A stretch of 63,732 nucleotides of DNA, the filler included, from Octopus bimaculoides (lineage: Eukaryota): the NCBI RefSeq assembly GCF_001194135.2. It is 6 parts of 6 records of this genome, joined end to end, with 100 filler letters (N's around TTAATTAATTAA, not from the genome) between each part and the next. Parts side by side here need not be neighbours in the genome. Positions count along the whole stretch, not along the records: positions 1 to 18,680 come from NC_068986.1; positions 18,781 to 40,481 come from NC_068983.1; 4 more parts are not named here. One strand, 5' to 3'. A model generated the notes under the pieces. That model searched no databases, was not told the origin of the DNA, and saw nothing but the letters and a program-made list of their open reading frames with translations. This document shows, in pieces, positions 12,891 through 25,578 of the stretch. Positions within the stretch are counted from its first letter, which is position 1, and every line of letters begins with the position of its first letter. The translations under genes and the position numbers were made by a program.

Positions 12891-13839
12891 ACAAAGAATG
12901 GACCGGAAGACCTTTTGTTGAATGTATAATCATGGCCAGAAACAGGAGACTCTAGGGAGAGATGCGCATGCGTCAATGGTCCCCGGCACTCATCAAAGAA
13001 AATGGTTATAGGCATGGCAAGTATCACAACATTTGACCAAAATAGAATAATGCGTAACAGAATCTCCGTAGAGTAATCTTTAGAATAACTGGAGTTAGAG
13101 TTACGCTTTTTTACTTTCTAATTTGAATACCGTTGGCGTGAACCCCGGCCTGTATTCCTTAGCGATCGATACAATTAAATACCTGTGAATTATCATAAAT
13201 TTCCTGCACAAAATATACTTGGTGCGAGACGTCATTTCTAAGTTATTAGAAACGAATATTCCACTGGTGGTGCAACAAAGATACAACAATGGCTTCCGGA
13301 AGATTCTCAGAACAATAAACAGATGAGAGAGAGATGCAGTTGGTAAAAATCAACACGAGTACTTGAGGTAGCTTTAACTTCTGCAGGAGAATAAAAATCA
13401 AACAGACCCAGGTAACGGTTAGAAAATAGAACATAATTATAGGGTAATCTATTTTGACTTCTTGGATTCCAGAAACAGACAAATTTGTTAAGTTTTTAAA
13501 CCACGTAATAAGCTTAAAATTTACTCCTAAATGATTGTAAGATCTTAATAAATATACTCTCACACAAACCAAATTATCAAAAATTCTTATTGAAAAATTG
13601 ATGATATGTAAAGATAGGTTTAATTTTATTTTTATTATTTTGTTTACTTCTGGCATCCAATGTATATATTTTAAAGTGTCGTTTTGATAAATATAGCTTT
13701 TGTATTGGTTATATCGATGTATTTCAATATAAAGTAGCAAATTAGACACGTTCGGCTCAATCCGATGTCATTTCTATCGTCCTTCATTGCAATATTGTGG
13801 TCTATACCTTGTCTAAGGCTTCATTAAGACAAACAGAAG

Positions 13840-13985
13840 ATTACTGATCTACGGCCCTGATACGTTTTATCTCAGCATGTCTTTACGTTCTGAGTTCAAA
13901 TTCCGCCGAGGTCGACTTTGCCTTACATCCTTTTTGGGGGTCGTCAAATTAAGTACCAGTTGCGTACTCGGGTCGATCAAAGTTA
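13840..13985 (+). mobile_element. Nin/Deu-domain SINE, partial
   Basis: ttctgagttcaaattccgccgaggtcgactttgccttacatcc...aattaagtaccagttgcgtact. Confidence 0.8.
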
Positions 13986-14143
13986 TAACGATTTACAGTG
14001 GGCTGGGGTAGGAGTTTATAGTGGAAGAAATCGATCCCAGTACTTGATTGAAGATTATTTGACCAACAAAAGAAAAATTAAAACGATCGATACCGGCTTG
14101 CTTATTTTAAACTTTGAATGGAAAAACATTCTTTTCTACTCTA

Positions 14144-14280
14144 GGTACCAAATTTTGGGGGACGAGGCCATTCGATTAGATTAGATTGACTCCAGTACGC
14201 AACTGGTACATAATTTATCGATACCGAAAGGTAACGTCGATCTCGGCGGGCGTACTAACGGTTCTGCCAGATCGCAACTT
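14144..14280 (-). mobile_element. Nin/Deu-domain SINE, internally deleted
   Basis: ttctactctagg...ccagtacgcaactggtac...ctaacggttctgccag. Confidence 0.75.
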
Positions 14281-14303
14281 GCTTATCTTAATGCGAAAAT
14301 ATC

Positions 14304-14515
14304 CTTTTCTACTCTAGGCACAAGGCCCGAAATTTTGGTGGAGGGTGCCAGTCGATTAAATCGACCCCAGTATGCAACTTGTACTTAATTTATGGACCAC
14401 GAATGGATGAAAGGCAAATTTAACCTCAGCGGAATTTGAACACAGAACGTAAAGACAGACGAAATATAAGATAAGCATTCCGCCCGGCGTGCTAACGTTT
14501 CTGCCAGCTCACCAC
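14304..14515 (-). mobile_element. Nin/Deu-domain SINE, near full length
   Basis: ttctactctaggcacaaggcccgaaa through gctaacgtttctgccagctc. Confidence 0.85.
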
Positions 14516-15252
14516 TTTTTTTTTTTTTTTTTTAATGTGAAAATATGAGAAACTTAACTCTATAGGATATTTATCATCAGCCAGCTTCTGCGATCCAAAA
14601 TAAAGGTCTCTCACCGTGGGATAATCTCTCACAATTTAGCAGATGTAGTTGATGCGAACGAGGCGGTCCCATGTTTTATTTGGTACCACTTCTATCAAAT
14701 CCCCCACACCACACACCGATAACAGATACAATACAATAAGTCGTGCTTTTAATTCTGCTATACCCCGCCGTCCTCTATAGTTCAGCATGATGATTTCTGA
14801 GCAGATAAAGCAGCATAGAAGATATATTGAGAGCCATCCAACTATCGAATGTTTAAAATTTTTATTGTTTTTGGTTTTTAATCACATGATCCAATCAGAT
14901 AGCAGTTCATATATTTGGTTACACATTTAGTCAGTCGTTCAGATAGTCAGTAGATTCGTTATCCATCAATCAACTTTCACAGCGCCAGTCATCCATTCTC
15001 CTATATTTATCCAACTAGCCATCACGTCGAACCGTCCAGTAATCAAGTAGCGATCCATTTAGCTATGCAGACTTCTGCCAGGAATTCATCCCGCCTCCTG
15101 ACCACTGACCAGTTATTTTATTTTTCATTTTAGAATGCGAATCTATCGCCATTAACCCAAACACAGAACATGTAGAATTATTCTTTGAATCGATTTATTA
15201 TTCCGAAAGCTACATTCCAGTACTGCTTCCGAAAATCTAGCATTCATCCCCC

Positions 15253-15325
<73 letters not shown>

Positions 15326-15539
15326 TCTCAGACTGTCTCTCACTCACATTTTTTCTCTCATGATGCACAGACGATGATGTACACTCGCGCACACATCCGA
15401 TACCCCACCCAGATATATTTTCATTCACTTATATCTCACACAATAGTTTGTCCTTGAATACAAATTTTCAAAAAGTTTCAACTGTTTCTTTATTCATGTG
15501 TTGAATATTACATATATAAACACATATATGTATGTATAG

Positions 15540-15660
15540 GAATGGTTGTTTTGTTAGAAATTATTTCCCAATCACATGGTTCCCGGTTCAGTCCCACAGC
15601 GTGGCACCTTGGGCAAGTGTTGTTTACTATAATCTCGGGTAAACCAAAGCTTTGTGTATT
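15540..15660 (+). mobile_element. CORE-type SINE head fragment
   Basis: catggttcccggttcagtccc...gtggcaccttgggcaagtg (B box plus MIR/CORE-like ccttgggcaagt). Confidence 0.7.
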
Positions 15661-15714
15661 AATATCATGGACGACAACTGAAAGAATCCCATGGATATAT
15701 AAATTTATATACAT

Positions 15715-15945
15715 ACTCTTTACTCTTTTACTCTTTTATTTGTCTCAGTCATTTGACTGCGGCCATGCTAGAGCACCGCCTTTAGTCGAGCAAATCGACC
15801 CCGGGACTTATTTTTTGTAAGCCTAGTACTTATTCTATCAATCTCTTTTGCGGAACCGCTAAGTTACGGGGACATAAACACACCAGCATCGGTTGTCAAG
15901 CAATGCTAGGGGGACAAACACAGACACACAAACACACACACACAC
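15715..15945 (-). mobile_element. CORE-type SINE 3' half
   Basis: Nearly identical to 22905-23100. Runs into a microsatellite and then a gap. Confidence 0.85.
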
Positions 15946-15955
15946 ATATACATAC

Positions 15956-15993
<38 letters not shown>

Positions 15994-16709
15994 ATGTATA
16001 TATACCCACACACATATATATATATATATACATACATACATATATATATATATATGTATATATATNNNNNNNNNNNNNNNNNNNNNNNNNNNNNNNNNNN
16101 NNNNNNNNNNNNNNNNNNNNNNNNNNNNNNNNNNNNNNNNNNNNNNNNNNNNNNNNNNNNNNNNNNNNNNNNNNNNNNNNNNNNNNNNNNNNNNNNNNNN
16201 NNNNNNNNNNNNNNNNNNNNNNNNNNNNNNNNNNNNNNNNNNNNNNNNNNNNNNNNNNNNNNNNNNNNNNNNNNNNNNNNNNNNNNNNNNNNNNNNNNNN
16301 NNNNNNNNNNNNNNNNNNNNNNNNNNNNNNNNNNNNNNNNNNNNNNNNNNNNNNNNNNNNNNNNNNNNNNNNNNNNNNNNNNNNNNNNNNNNNNNNNNNN
16401 NNNNNNNNNNNNNNNNNNNNNNNNNNNNNNNNNNNNNNNNNNNNNNNNNNNNNNNNNNNNNNNNNNNNNNNNNNNNNNNNNNNNNNNNNNNNNNNNNNNN
16501 NNNNNNNNNNNNNNNNNNNNNNNNNNNNNNNNNNNNNNNNNNNNNNNNNNNNNNNNNNNNNNNNNNNNNNNNNNNNNNNNNNNNNNNNNNNNNNNNNNNN
16601 NNNNNNNNNNNNNNNNNNNNNNNNNNNNNNNNNNNNNNNNNNNNNNNNNNNNNNNNNNNNNNNNNNNNNNNNNNNNNNNNNNNNNNNNNNNNNNNNATAT
16701 ATATGTATG

Positions 16710-16743
<34 letters not shown>

Positions 16744-17926
16744 AGTGTGTGTGTGTGTGTGTGTGCGTATACGTGTTTTTGCGCATATATGTGCATGCAT
16801 GCAAATATATGCATGAATACATTCATATACACACACACGGACGCACGCAGACATATACACACACCCACAACCCCCCACACACACAAACATATATATATAT
16901 GAGTCTATGAGTAGCATTATATATATATATATATTAACATATGTATATATGTATATATATTTATGCATATATGTATTGACATAGACGACGAAGAGAGTGA
17001 GAAACAGAGAGAGAGAGGGGGTGAGAGACTGAGAGACAGGTAGACAGAGAGAAACAATCGGATGACGAGTGAAAGAGCGGCATTGTAAACTGGACGGGCA
17101 ACTCGAGGACAGACAGACACTGAGATGAAAATGGGTGATTATTTATACACACACACATACATACATGCATACATACATACATACATACATACATGCATGC
17201 ATACATGAACCCAAATATATATGTATATATGTATGTATATATGTATGTATGTATGTGTGTATGTATATATGCAGAAAGAATGTGTAAAAAGCACAGTATA
17301 CATACATATATATATACATATATANNNNNNNNNNNNNNNNNNNNNNNNNNNNNNNNNNNNNNNNNNNNNNNNNNNNNNNNNNNNNNNNNNNNNNNNNNNN
17401 NNNNNNNNNNNNNNNNNNNNNNNNNNNNNNNNNNNNNNNNNNNNNNNNNNNNNNNNNNNNNNNNNNNNNNNNNNNNNNNNNNNNNNNNNNNNNNNNNNNN
17501 NNNNNNNNNNNNNNNNNNNNNNNNNNNNNNNNNNNNNNNNNNNNNNNNNNNNNNNNNNNNNNNNNNNNNNNNNNNNNNNNNNNNNNNNNNNNNNNNNNNN
17601 NNNNNNNNNNNNNNNNNNNNNNNNNNNNNNNNNNNNNNNNNNNNNNNNNNNNNNNNNNNNNNNNNNNNNNNNNNNNNNNNNNNNNNNNNNNNNNNNNNNN
17701 NNNNNNNNNNNNNNNNNNNNNNNNNNNNNNNNNNNNNNNNNNNNNNNNNNNNNNNNNNNNNNNNNNNNNNNNNNNNNNNNNNNNNNNNNNNNNNNNNNNN
17801 NNNNNNNNNNNNNNNNNNNNNGTATATACATACATATATACATAGAGAGAGTGAGAAAGAGGGAGAGAGACAGACATACAGAGAGGCAGACATACGGAGA
17901 CAGAGAGAGAAAGACAGAGAGAGGGA

Positions 17927-17934
<8 letters not shown>

Positions 17935-18017
<83 letters not shown>
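17935..18017. repeat. (GAAA)n microsatellite
   Basis: Direct inspection. Confidence 0.95.
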
Positions 18018-18644
18018 GGGAGAGAGATGGTTGGATATAATGAAAGATTAAGAGCAATAATTACGAAATAGAGAGAGACAGAGAGAGAGAAACCGAGAAA
18101 TGTAGGAAAAAAAATCCTTCAATGGTAAAGAGATAGAGCGGGAAACAATTTGTAAATTCTCGAATTGAAATTGAGGAGATAGAAACAGCGTTAATAACTG
18201 AAAGATTGACAGAAAAATAAGAGCAGAAGTAGAGAGCTACAGCAAGAAAATAAGCGACCAACAATCCATTCTTATCAGAAATACTACGAGATTAGCAAAA
18301 CAAACAACGGGGAAGTTCGACCATACAAAGAACGTTAGAAAGCGATTCGGAAGTTTGTAAATTCCCGTTTAATTCTACTTTTGGTATCTCCGTATGTATC
18401 TATGTATGTGTGTGTATATGTATGCAAGTATGTATATATGTATGTATGTATGTATGTATCTGTGTTTGTATGTATGTATGTATGCATGTATCTGTGTTTG
18501 TACGTGCGCGTGTGTGTGTGTGTGTGTGTGTGTGAGTTTGTTGTCTTAATGTGCACGGGTATGCTTGTGTACGTGTGTGCTTGTGTATGGTGTATGATAT
18601 TTATATCGGTGTGTATATGTGTACATGCGGGCATTTGTACGTAG

Positions 18645-18680
<36 letters not shown>

Positions 18681-18780
18681 NNNNNNNNNNNNNNNNNNNN
18701 NNNNNNNNNNNNNNNNNNNNNNNNTTAATTAATTAANNNNNNNNNNNNNNNNNNNNNNNNNNNNNNNNNNNNNNNNNNNN
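18681..18780. other. Artificial scaffold linker: 44 N + TTAATTAATTAA + 44 N
   Basis: Exact 100-bp structure, stops in all six frames, found identically five times. Confidence 0.95.
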
Positions 18781-19252
18781 ATATATATATATATACTTTA
18801 TTATTATTAAAGTTGCAAAAACATTACAAATGTTTCACAAAAACTGCTACTCTGAGTTTCATGTTCCCGTGGAAACTCTGAGCAGCACAATAAAGCATAT
18901 TACTCTACCTCTGGTATTCGAGTACTATATTTCCCACCTTGTTTCACATTTATGTGTTTACTTTGACACACACACACATACACACACACACACACACACA
19001 GATTCACATATACACACGTATACACATACACATATACATATACATATACATATATGTGTGTGTGTCTGTGTCTGCTTTATAGATGTGTGTGCATGTATAT
19101 ATGCCAATGTACGCATGTACTCATGAATATATTGTATATATAAATATGTATGCATATACATGCCACTGGACACCTCGAGTTATTTCTCTTGATTCATTCT
19201 AGTTTCGTTTATATAAATATGAAATATTCATGCATATACACACATACATACA

Positions 19253-19313
<61 letters not shown>

Positions 19314-20239
19314 NNNNNNNNNNNNNNNNNNNNNNNNNNNNNNNNNNNNNNNNNNNNNNNNNNNNNNNNNNNNNNNNNNNNNNNNNNNNNNNNNNNNNNN
19401 NNNNNNNNNNNNNNNNNNNNNNNNNNNNNNNNNNNNNNNNNNNNNNNNNNNNNNNNNNNNNNNNNNNNNNNNNNNNNNNNNNNNNNNNNNNNNNNNNNNN
19501 NNNNNNNNNNNNNNNNNNNNNNNNNNNNNNNNNNNNNNNNNNNNNNNNNNNNNNNNNNNNNNNNNNNNNNNNNNNNNNNNNNNNNNNNNNNNNNNNNNNN
19601 NNNNNNNNNNNNNNNNNNNNNNNNNNNNNNNNNNNNNNNNNNNNNNNNNNNNNNNNNNNNNNNNNNNNNNNNNNNNNNNNNNNNNNNNNNNNNNNNNNNN
19701 NNNNNNNNNNNNNNNNNNNNNNNNNNNNNNNNNNNNNNNNNNNNNNNNNNNNNNNNNNNNNNNNNNNNNNNNNNNNNNNNNNNNNNNNNNNNNNNNNNNN
19801 NNNNNNNNNNNNNNNNNNNNNNNNNNNNNNNNNNNNNNNNNNNNNNNNNNNNNNNNNNNNNNNNNNNNNNNNNNNNNNNNNNNNNNNNNNNNNNNNNNNN
19901 NNNNNNNNNNNNNNNNNNNNNNNNNNNNNNNNNNNNNNNNNNNNNNNNNNNNNNNNNNNNNNNNNNNNNNNNNNNNNNNNNNNNNNNNNNNNNNNNNNNN
20001 NNNNNNNNNNNNNNNNNNNNNNNNNNNNNNNNNNNNNNNNNNNNNNNNNNNNNNNNNNNNNNNNNNNNNNNNNNNNNNNNNNNNNNNNNNNNNNNNNNNN
20101 NNNNNNNNNNNNNNNNNNNNNNNNNNNNNNNNNNNNNNNNNNNNNNNNNNNNNNNNNNNNNNNNNNNNNNNNNNNNNNNNNNNNNNNNNNNNNNNNNNNN
20201 NNNNNNNNNNNNNNNNNNNNNNNNNNNNNNNNNNNNNNN

Positions 20240-20271
<32 letters not shown>

Positions 20272-20469
20272 TGTGTATATATATATAAATATATGTACAT
20301 ATATATACATATACATACATATGTATATACATATACACATATGTAGGTGTACATATATATATACATATATATATGTCGTTTAAATTTTTATTTATTTATT
20401 TTCATTGGTAATGCACACACTCGGAAATTTAGGATAATTTGAAATGTTAAATAAGATGCCTTTAAACCA

Positions 20470-20650
20470 TAGGTTTAAAATTTTGGCACAGAGCCAGCAG
20501 TTGTGAAGTGAGAGAAAAGTCGATTACATCGACCTCTTTACTTGATTGGTGCCTATTGTATCGACCCAGAAAGGAAGAAAGGTCTTGTCGACCTCGGCGG
20601 AATTTGAACTCAGAACGGCGTGCTAATGATTCTGCCAGCGCGCCTCCTTA
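20470..20650 (-). mobile_element. Nin/Deu-domain SINE
   Basis: tcgacccagaaagga...gtcgacctcggcggaatttgaactcagaac...gattctgccagc. Confidence 0.75.
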
Positions 20651-20824
20651 GATATAATACCATAAATAATACAATATAATAGTTGCCTATTTCTGAAATG
20701 TAAACAAATGCATATTTGGTTATATAGTTCATGCATGTAACTTTTTTGTCCATCACTCTCTCGTGAAAAAAGAAGGCTTTATTTTAAATAGTATAATATT
20801 ATATATTGGCATTCATCTATCTAT

Positions 20825-22003
20825 CTGGAACGAGATAACGAGTAGGGTGGCCGATCTCGCCCGGCAATGGGCCGAGAGGATGTATATATATATAAATATA
20901 TGTACATATATATACATATACATACATATGTATATACATATACACATATGTAGGTGTACATATATATATACATATATATAAAAGGTCGGGCGGAGGTGGC
21001 GAAACGCGTACATCGCATCCGTCATCGATTACCGCTTGACCGTCGTGCCTTGTCCCGACCCTAGCAAACTGGAACGCATACTCTTCCGCTTTTTGTGGAA
21101 GGGAAGCGTTCCGATGGTTAGGGTTAGGGTTAGGGTTAGGCATGCCGTGGTTGATGATGCTCAGACATGCGCTGAGACTGCGACATCTCCGGTGCTTCAT
21201 AGACGACGGTGAACAGGTGTGGTCGCCGTTTGTGCGGCGAACCTTCCCGCACCTCATCTCTTTGGCCGAACTGCAGTCGGGGATCAAATAGAGATCGAGA
21301 CTAGGCGAATGGCACCACGAGTGCCGCCTTGCTCTCCAGAAACTCTGCTGTCCGGGACCAAACTCGTGCGACTTCAATTCCACAAAAGCGTTCTATAGAG
21401 GATTGGTGGAGGGGAGGTGCGACGACGTTCTCGGGCAGAATCTGGGCGTCGACGAGGAACACCTGACCCGCCTGCTCAGGACAACTTTCGGGCCGAGATC
21501 CATGGACAATCACCAGAGATCCCTGGCCTGGCAGTGCTATCGAGAAGCATTACCCATTCGGGATAAGCTCTACAGGCACGGTTCGAGACACATCGGACCG
21601 ACTTGCCCGAGATGCGGTCAGAGTGACGAAACCGTTCTGCATGCACTCGTGCAGTGTCCGACCATTTCGGACCTGTGGGCTTATGCCGAACGGCTGCTGT
21701 CACGTGTGGGACGAGTCCGCCTGTCGGCCGAGTCTGTCGTGAAAGTTGCTCCGCCACCTTCCCTTAACCGGGAAGGCAAGGCCGTCTTCATTGTAGTGGT
21801 GGCCATGGTGAAAGAATGTGTGTGGTGAACTCGAGCGAAAGGTTAAGAGACAAACACTTACCCCTCTGGCCAATCGCTCATCATCAAGGAAGGTGAGAAT
21901 AGAGAGGCAAGTTTTGTCTCGTGAAAGTTTCAATAAAAGGTGGGTGAATGTAGCAAAGATGGTGCGTGCGAGTGGTGAAACCACTTTGAGCATGATCCTG
22001 TAA
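20825..22003 (+). mobile_element. L1/Tx1-clade LINE ORF2 3' fragment (post-RT region and zf-RVT), 5'-truncated and disrupted
   Basis: GC-rich island translating as WAER..LKGRAEVA..FLWKG..GLGMP and AWQCYREALPIRDKLYRHG...CPRCGQSDETVLHALVQC, the C-x2-C...H-x4-C zinc knuckle typical of L1/Tx1. Confidence 0.85.
21116..21140 (+). repeat. Short interstitial telomeric repeat (TTAGGG)3-TTAGG
   Basis: ggttagggttagggttagggttagg read directly. Confidence 0.85.
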
Positions 22004-22012
22004 ATCGAAAGA

Positions 22013-22043
<31 letters not shown>

Positions 22044-22904
22044 NNNNNNNNNNNNNNNNNNNNNNNNNNNNNNNNNNNNNNNNNNNNNNNNNNNNNNNNN
22101 NNNNNNNNNNNNNNNNNNNNNNNNNNNNNNNNNNNNNNNNNNNNNNNNNNNNNNNNNNNNNNNNNNNNNNNNNNNNNNNNNNNNNNNNNNNNNNNNNNNN
22201 NNNNNNNNNNNNNNNNNNNNNNNNNNNNNNNNNNNNNNNNNNNNNNNNNNNNNNNNNNNNNNNNNNNNNNNNNNNNNNNNNNNNNNNNNNNNNNNNNNNN
22301 NNNNNNNNNNNNNNNNNNNNNNNNNNNNNNNNNNNNNNNNNNNNNNNNNNNNNNNNNNNNNNNNNNNNNNNNNNNNNNNNNNNNNNNNNNNNNNNNNNNN
22401 NNNNNNNNNNNNNNNNNNNNNNNNNNNNNNNNNNNNNNNNNNNNNNNNNNNNNNNNNNNNNNNNNNNNNNNNNNNNNNNNNNNNNNNNNNNNNNNNNNNN
22501 NNNNNNNNNNNNNNNNNNNNNNNNNNNNNNNNNNNNNNNNNNNNNNNNNNNNNNNNNNNNNNNNNNNNNNNNNNNNNNNNNNNNNNNNNNNNNNNNNNNN
22601 NNNNNNNNNNNNNNNNNNNNNNNNNNNNNNNNNNNNNNNNNNNNNNNNNNNNNNNNNNNNNNNNNNNNNNNNNNNNNNNNNNNNNNNNNNNNNNNNNNNN
22701 NNNNNNNNNNNNNNNNNNNNNNNNNNNNNNNNNNNNNNNNNNNNNNNNNNNNNNNNNNNNNNNNNNNNNNNNNNNNNNNNNNNNNNNNNNNNNNNNNNNN
22801 NNNNNNNNNNNNNNNNNNNNNNNNNNNNNNNNNNNNNNNNNNNNNNNNNNNNNNNNNNNNNNNNNAATTCAGATAAAGCAAGAAACTATATAACATAGAT
22901 ACTC

Positions 22905-23282
22905 TTACTCTTTACTCTTTTACTTGTTTCAATCATTTGACTGCGGCCATGCTGGAGCAACGCCTTTAGTCGAGCAAATCGACCCCGGACTTATTCTTTG
23001 GAAGCCTAGTACTTATTCTATCGATATCTTTTTGCCGAACCGCTAAGTTACGGTTGTCAAGCGATGATGGGGGGACAAACACAGACACACAAACACACAT
23101 ACATACACATATATATATACATATATACGACGGGTTTCTTTCAGTTTCCGTCTACCAAATCCACTCACAAGGCTTTGGTCGGCCCGAGGCTATAGTAGAA
23201 GACACTTGCCCAAGGTGCCACGCAGTGGAACTGAACCCGGAACCATGTGGTTGGTAAGCAAGCTATTTACCACACAGCCAAT
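22905..23282 (-). mobile_element. CORE-type tRNA-derived SINE, near full length
   Basis: Minus strand: tggctgtgtggtaa...ggttccgggttcagttcc...gcaccttgggcaagtgtc, internal TA/TG microsatellite, tail ending (gagtaaaa)n. Confidence 0.9.
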
Positions 23283-24676
23283 GCCATAAATAATGTATAA
23301 ATAAATTAGAAAAAAAAAATACGATAGTTCTTAATAGTACCCTTAGACAGATTAACTTAGAGTCTAAAAAAATTATGGAAAATTATAATATAGACGATAA
23401 AACAGAACCATTAATACTTAGTAGAACACGGATTACAATTAACTATCATGAGGGGAATTTTCATATTGATACAAAGGTTAGATTAATCTGTCCTAATCTG
23501 ATTTATGTAAACTTAGTAAGATTATTTTAAATAAATATATACGGATCTTGAGAAATAACTGGAACCCTCATCGTCGTAACTGACAGAGTGCCACGACATA
23601 TCCATACGTAAATCGTTCTCATATGCGAATGCGAGTAAATGGCTTATAAACTATGGTATTCAGTTCAAAACTTGTGCAAATGTGTGTATGTGTGCGCGTG
23701 GTAATGGAGTGTGGGAACGGAGAAAGAAGGTCTCGGCCAGACGAGAATAAGTTCATGCTTACATTCACACATTGGTCAATCCCTTCATTTCTTCTGCTGC
23801 CTACATTGACGATTTTATTAATGCTAGTATTTTTGCTGTTGTTTGATGATTGTGCTGATGTTGAAAATGATAATGATGATGTAATGTTGATATTAATGCC
23901 ATGGTTGTTTTTTGTTTAATTCTTGGTCACTCCTCATCGAGTAGGTTATGATAAAAGGCTACGTTTCTCACCAACCCTTTTATTCTTAGGGGACTCTTGA
24001 GTTACATTTCAAGTCTCAGGGAACCTCGAAGTAATGAGTATTCTTACACACACACGTGCACGCACATAGACAGATAGACACACACACACACACACGCGCG
24101 CGCGCATGTATATATGTATATATGTATGTATGTATGCATGCATGCATGTATTATGTATGTATGTATGTATGTATGTATGCATGTATGCATGTATGTATGT
24201 ATGTATGTATGTATATGTTTTCGCTTTAATAAATATTAGATATCATAAGAGATTATACAAATCATAAAACTGTCTTTGAAAGGTTTGTCAGTGCTAAATC
24301 CATATGGCACCACTAAAAAGGTTTTAAGAGATTTCATCTGAACCAAGACTATGTTGTGACAAAATTCCCCTGCGATTCCCAAGAGGTAATTTTTTCCCCG
24401 TGAAATCTTCGTACTAGAGAGATGCCAGTATTTCCAATATACCCTGGGTGTATAATAAAATTAAGAATATAGAACGGCACAAAAATGACTCAAAAATGAA
24501 TTTGTATATTATAAACTCCGTTTATACTATTTCACAAGGAACAAGAAACGTTTTGTCGTAGATCTCTACAATTCCGATGAACTTCAGTTCGAAAACGCTG
24601 ATGTAAGATGTTGTTTTGTCCATCCTTATCTTTTTTCTATGTACAAAGGACTGCATTTTCCAATGAGTAAATTCAT

Positions 24677-25578
24677 TACAGGGTGTTCGGGCTAAATTCG
24701 ATTGTTTGTATACAAGGAAAATATCCCAACCAAATATATTCCGTCAAAAATAAAGTATTAAAAAAAATCAAGAAATATCAACTAGATTATGGCTGAGAGA
24801 TGAGAGTTTAATCAATGTAGCGGTCCCTATCTTCCACCTTGACCTTAAGGCGGCTCCAGAACCTGGCGCATGGGTCCTTGGGAAGATCTTCAAGTACCTC
24901 CTTTACTTTGGCCACCAGCTCGGTCTAAGTGTTGCAGGCAGAGTCGTTTGTTGTCTTTCTCAACCGCGCCTCACACATATCTATCCATGGGATTACACTC
25001 AAGGGAATTAGGAGGTCAGAAACTGGGGCTGATGAAGTCGTAGTAATTCTCTGACAAACACTTCTGATTCCTTGCCATAACTCTTCCCAGAGGTGTAACA
25101 AGGATCCGAATACTACTGCCACACACATGGCTTTCCAGCAGCAACCCTCTCCAGCCAGGGTTTGACCACAGTGTCCAGCAGTTTGAGCCAAAGTCCTTAT
25201 TCCTGCAGTTAGCTGAATGAATTTTGGCGTGCAGACGCAGTCAGAATGCTTACTGTGTCCCTTCCTGTTGACCACGGCTTCGTAGTCATTTTTTTTGCAG
25301 TTGTTCGGGTCATATCTTATAGCCTTTACAGTGTCCATAGAACATTGAGCAGCAGCCACGATTTCGGCATTTTGATAACCGGCACAAATCCTCATGATAC
25401 AGGTAACTCTTTTCCAATATTCAAATACTTTCCAGTCCTTCATGTCAGTTATTTTTTTCTTATCTACAACTTCAATATTCATGCTCTTCAAAGCCATTGT
25501 CTGTTCACCAATACATCATGTTGTTCCTGTAAAAAGGAGAAATAAAAAAAGTTGTCAAATTTAGCCCAACTCTCTGTA
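24677..25578 (-). mobile_element. Tc1/mariner-superfamily (maT/DD37D-like) internally deleted element
   Basis: Imperfect TIRs ta-cagggtgttcgggctaaattcga and caaatttagcccaactctctg-ta. Minus ORF carries an HTH-like N-terminus (WKR...AGYQNAEIV...DYEAVVNRKGHSKHSD..TPKFI). A separate C-terminal remnant reads ELVAKVKEVLEDLPKD..ARFWSRLK...YID*. The DDD core is missing. Subfamily assignment is from memory. Confidence 0.75.

Noticed and set aside
18725-18736. TTAATTAATTAA as a conserved biological motif or homeodomain site
   Set aside because: Always centred in exactly 44+44 Ns, so it is a pipeline linker.
21116-21140. Chromosome end or telomere fusion
   Set aside because: Only about four units, internal to a LINE fossil.
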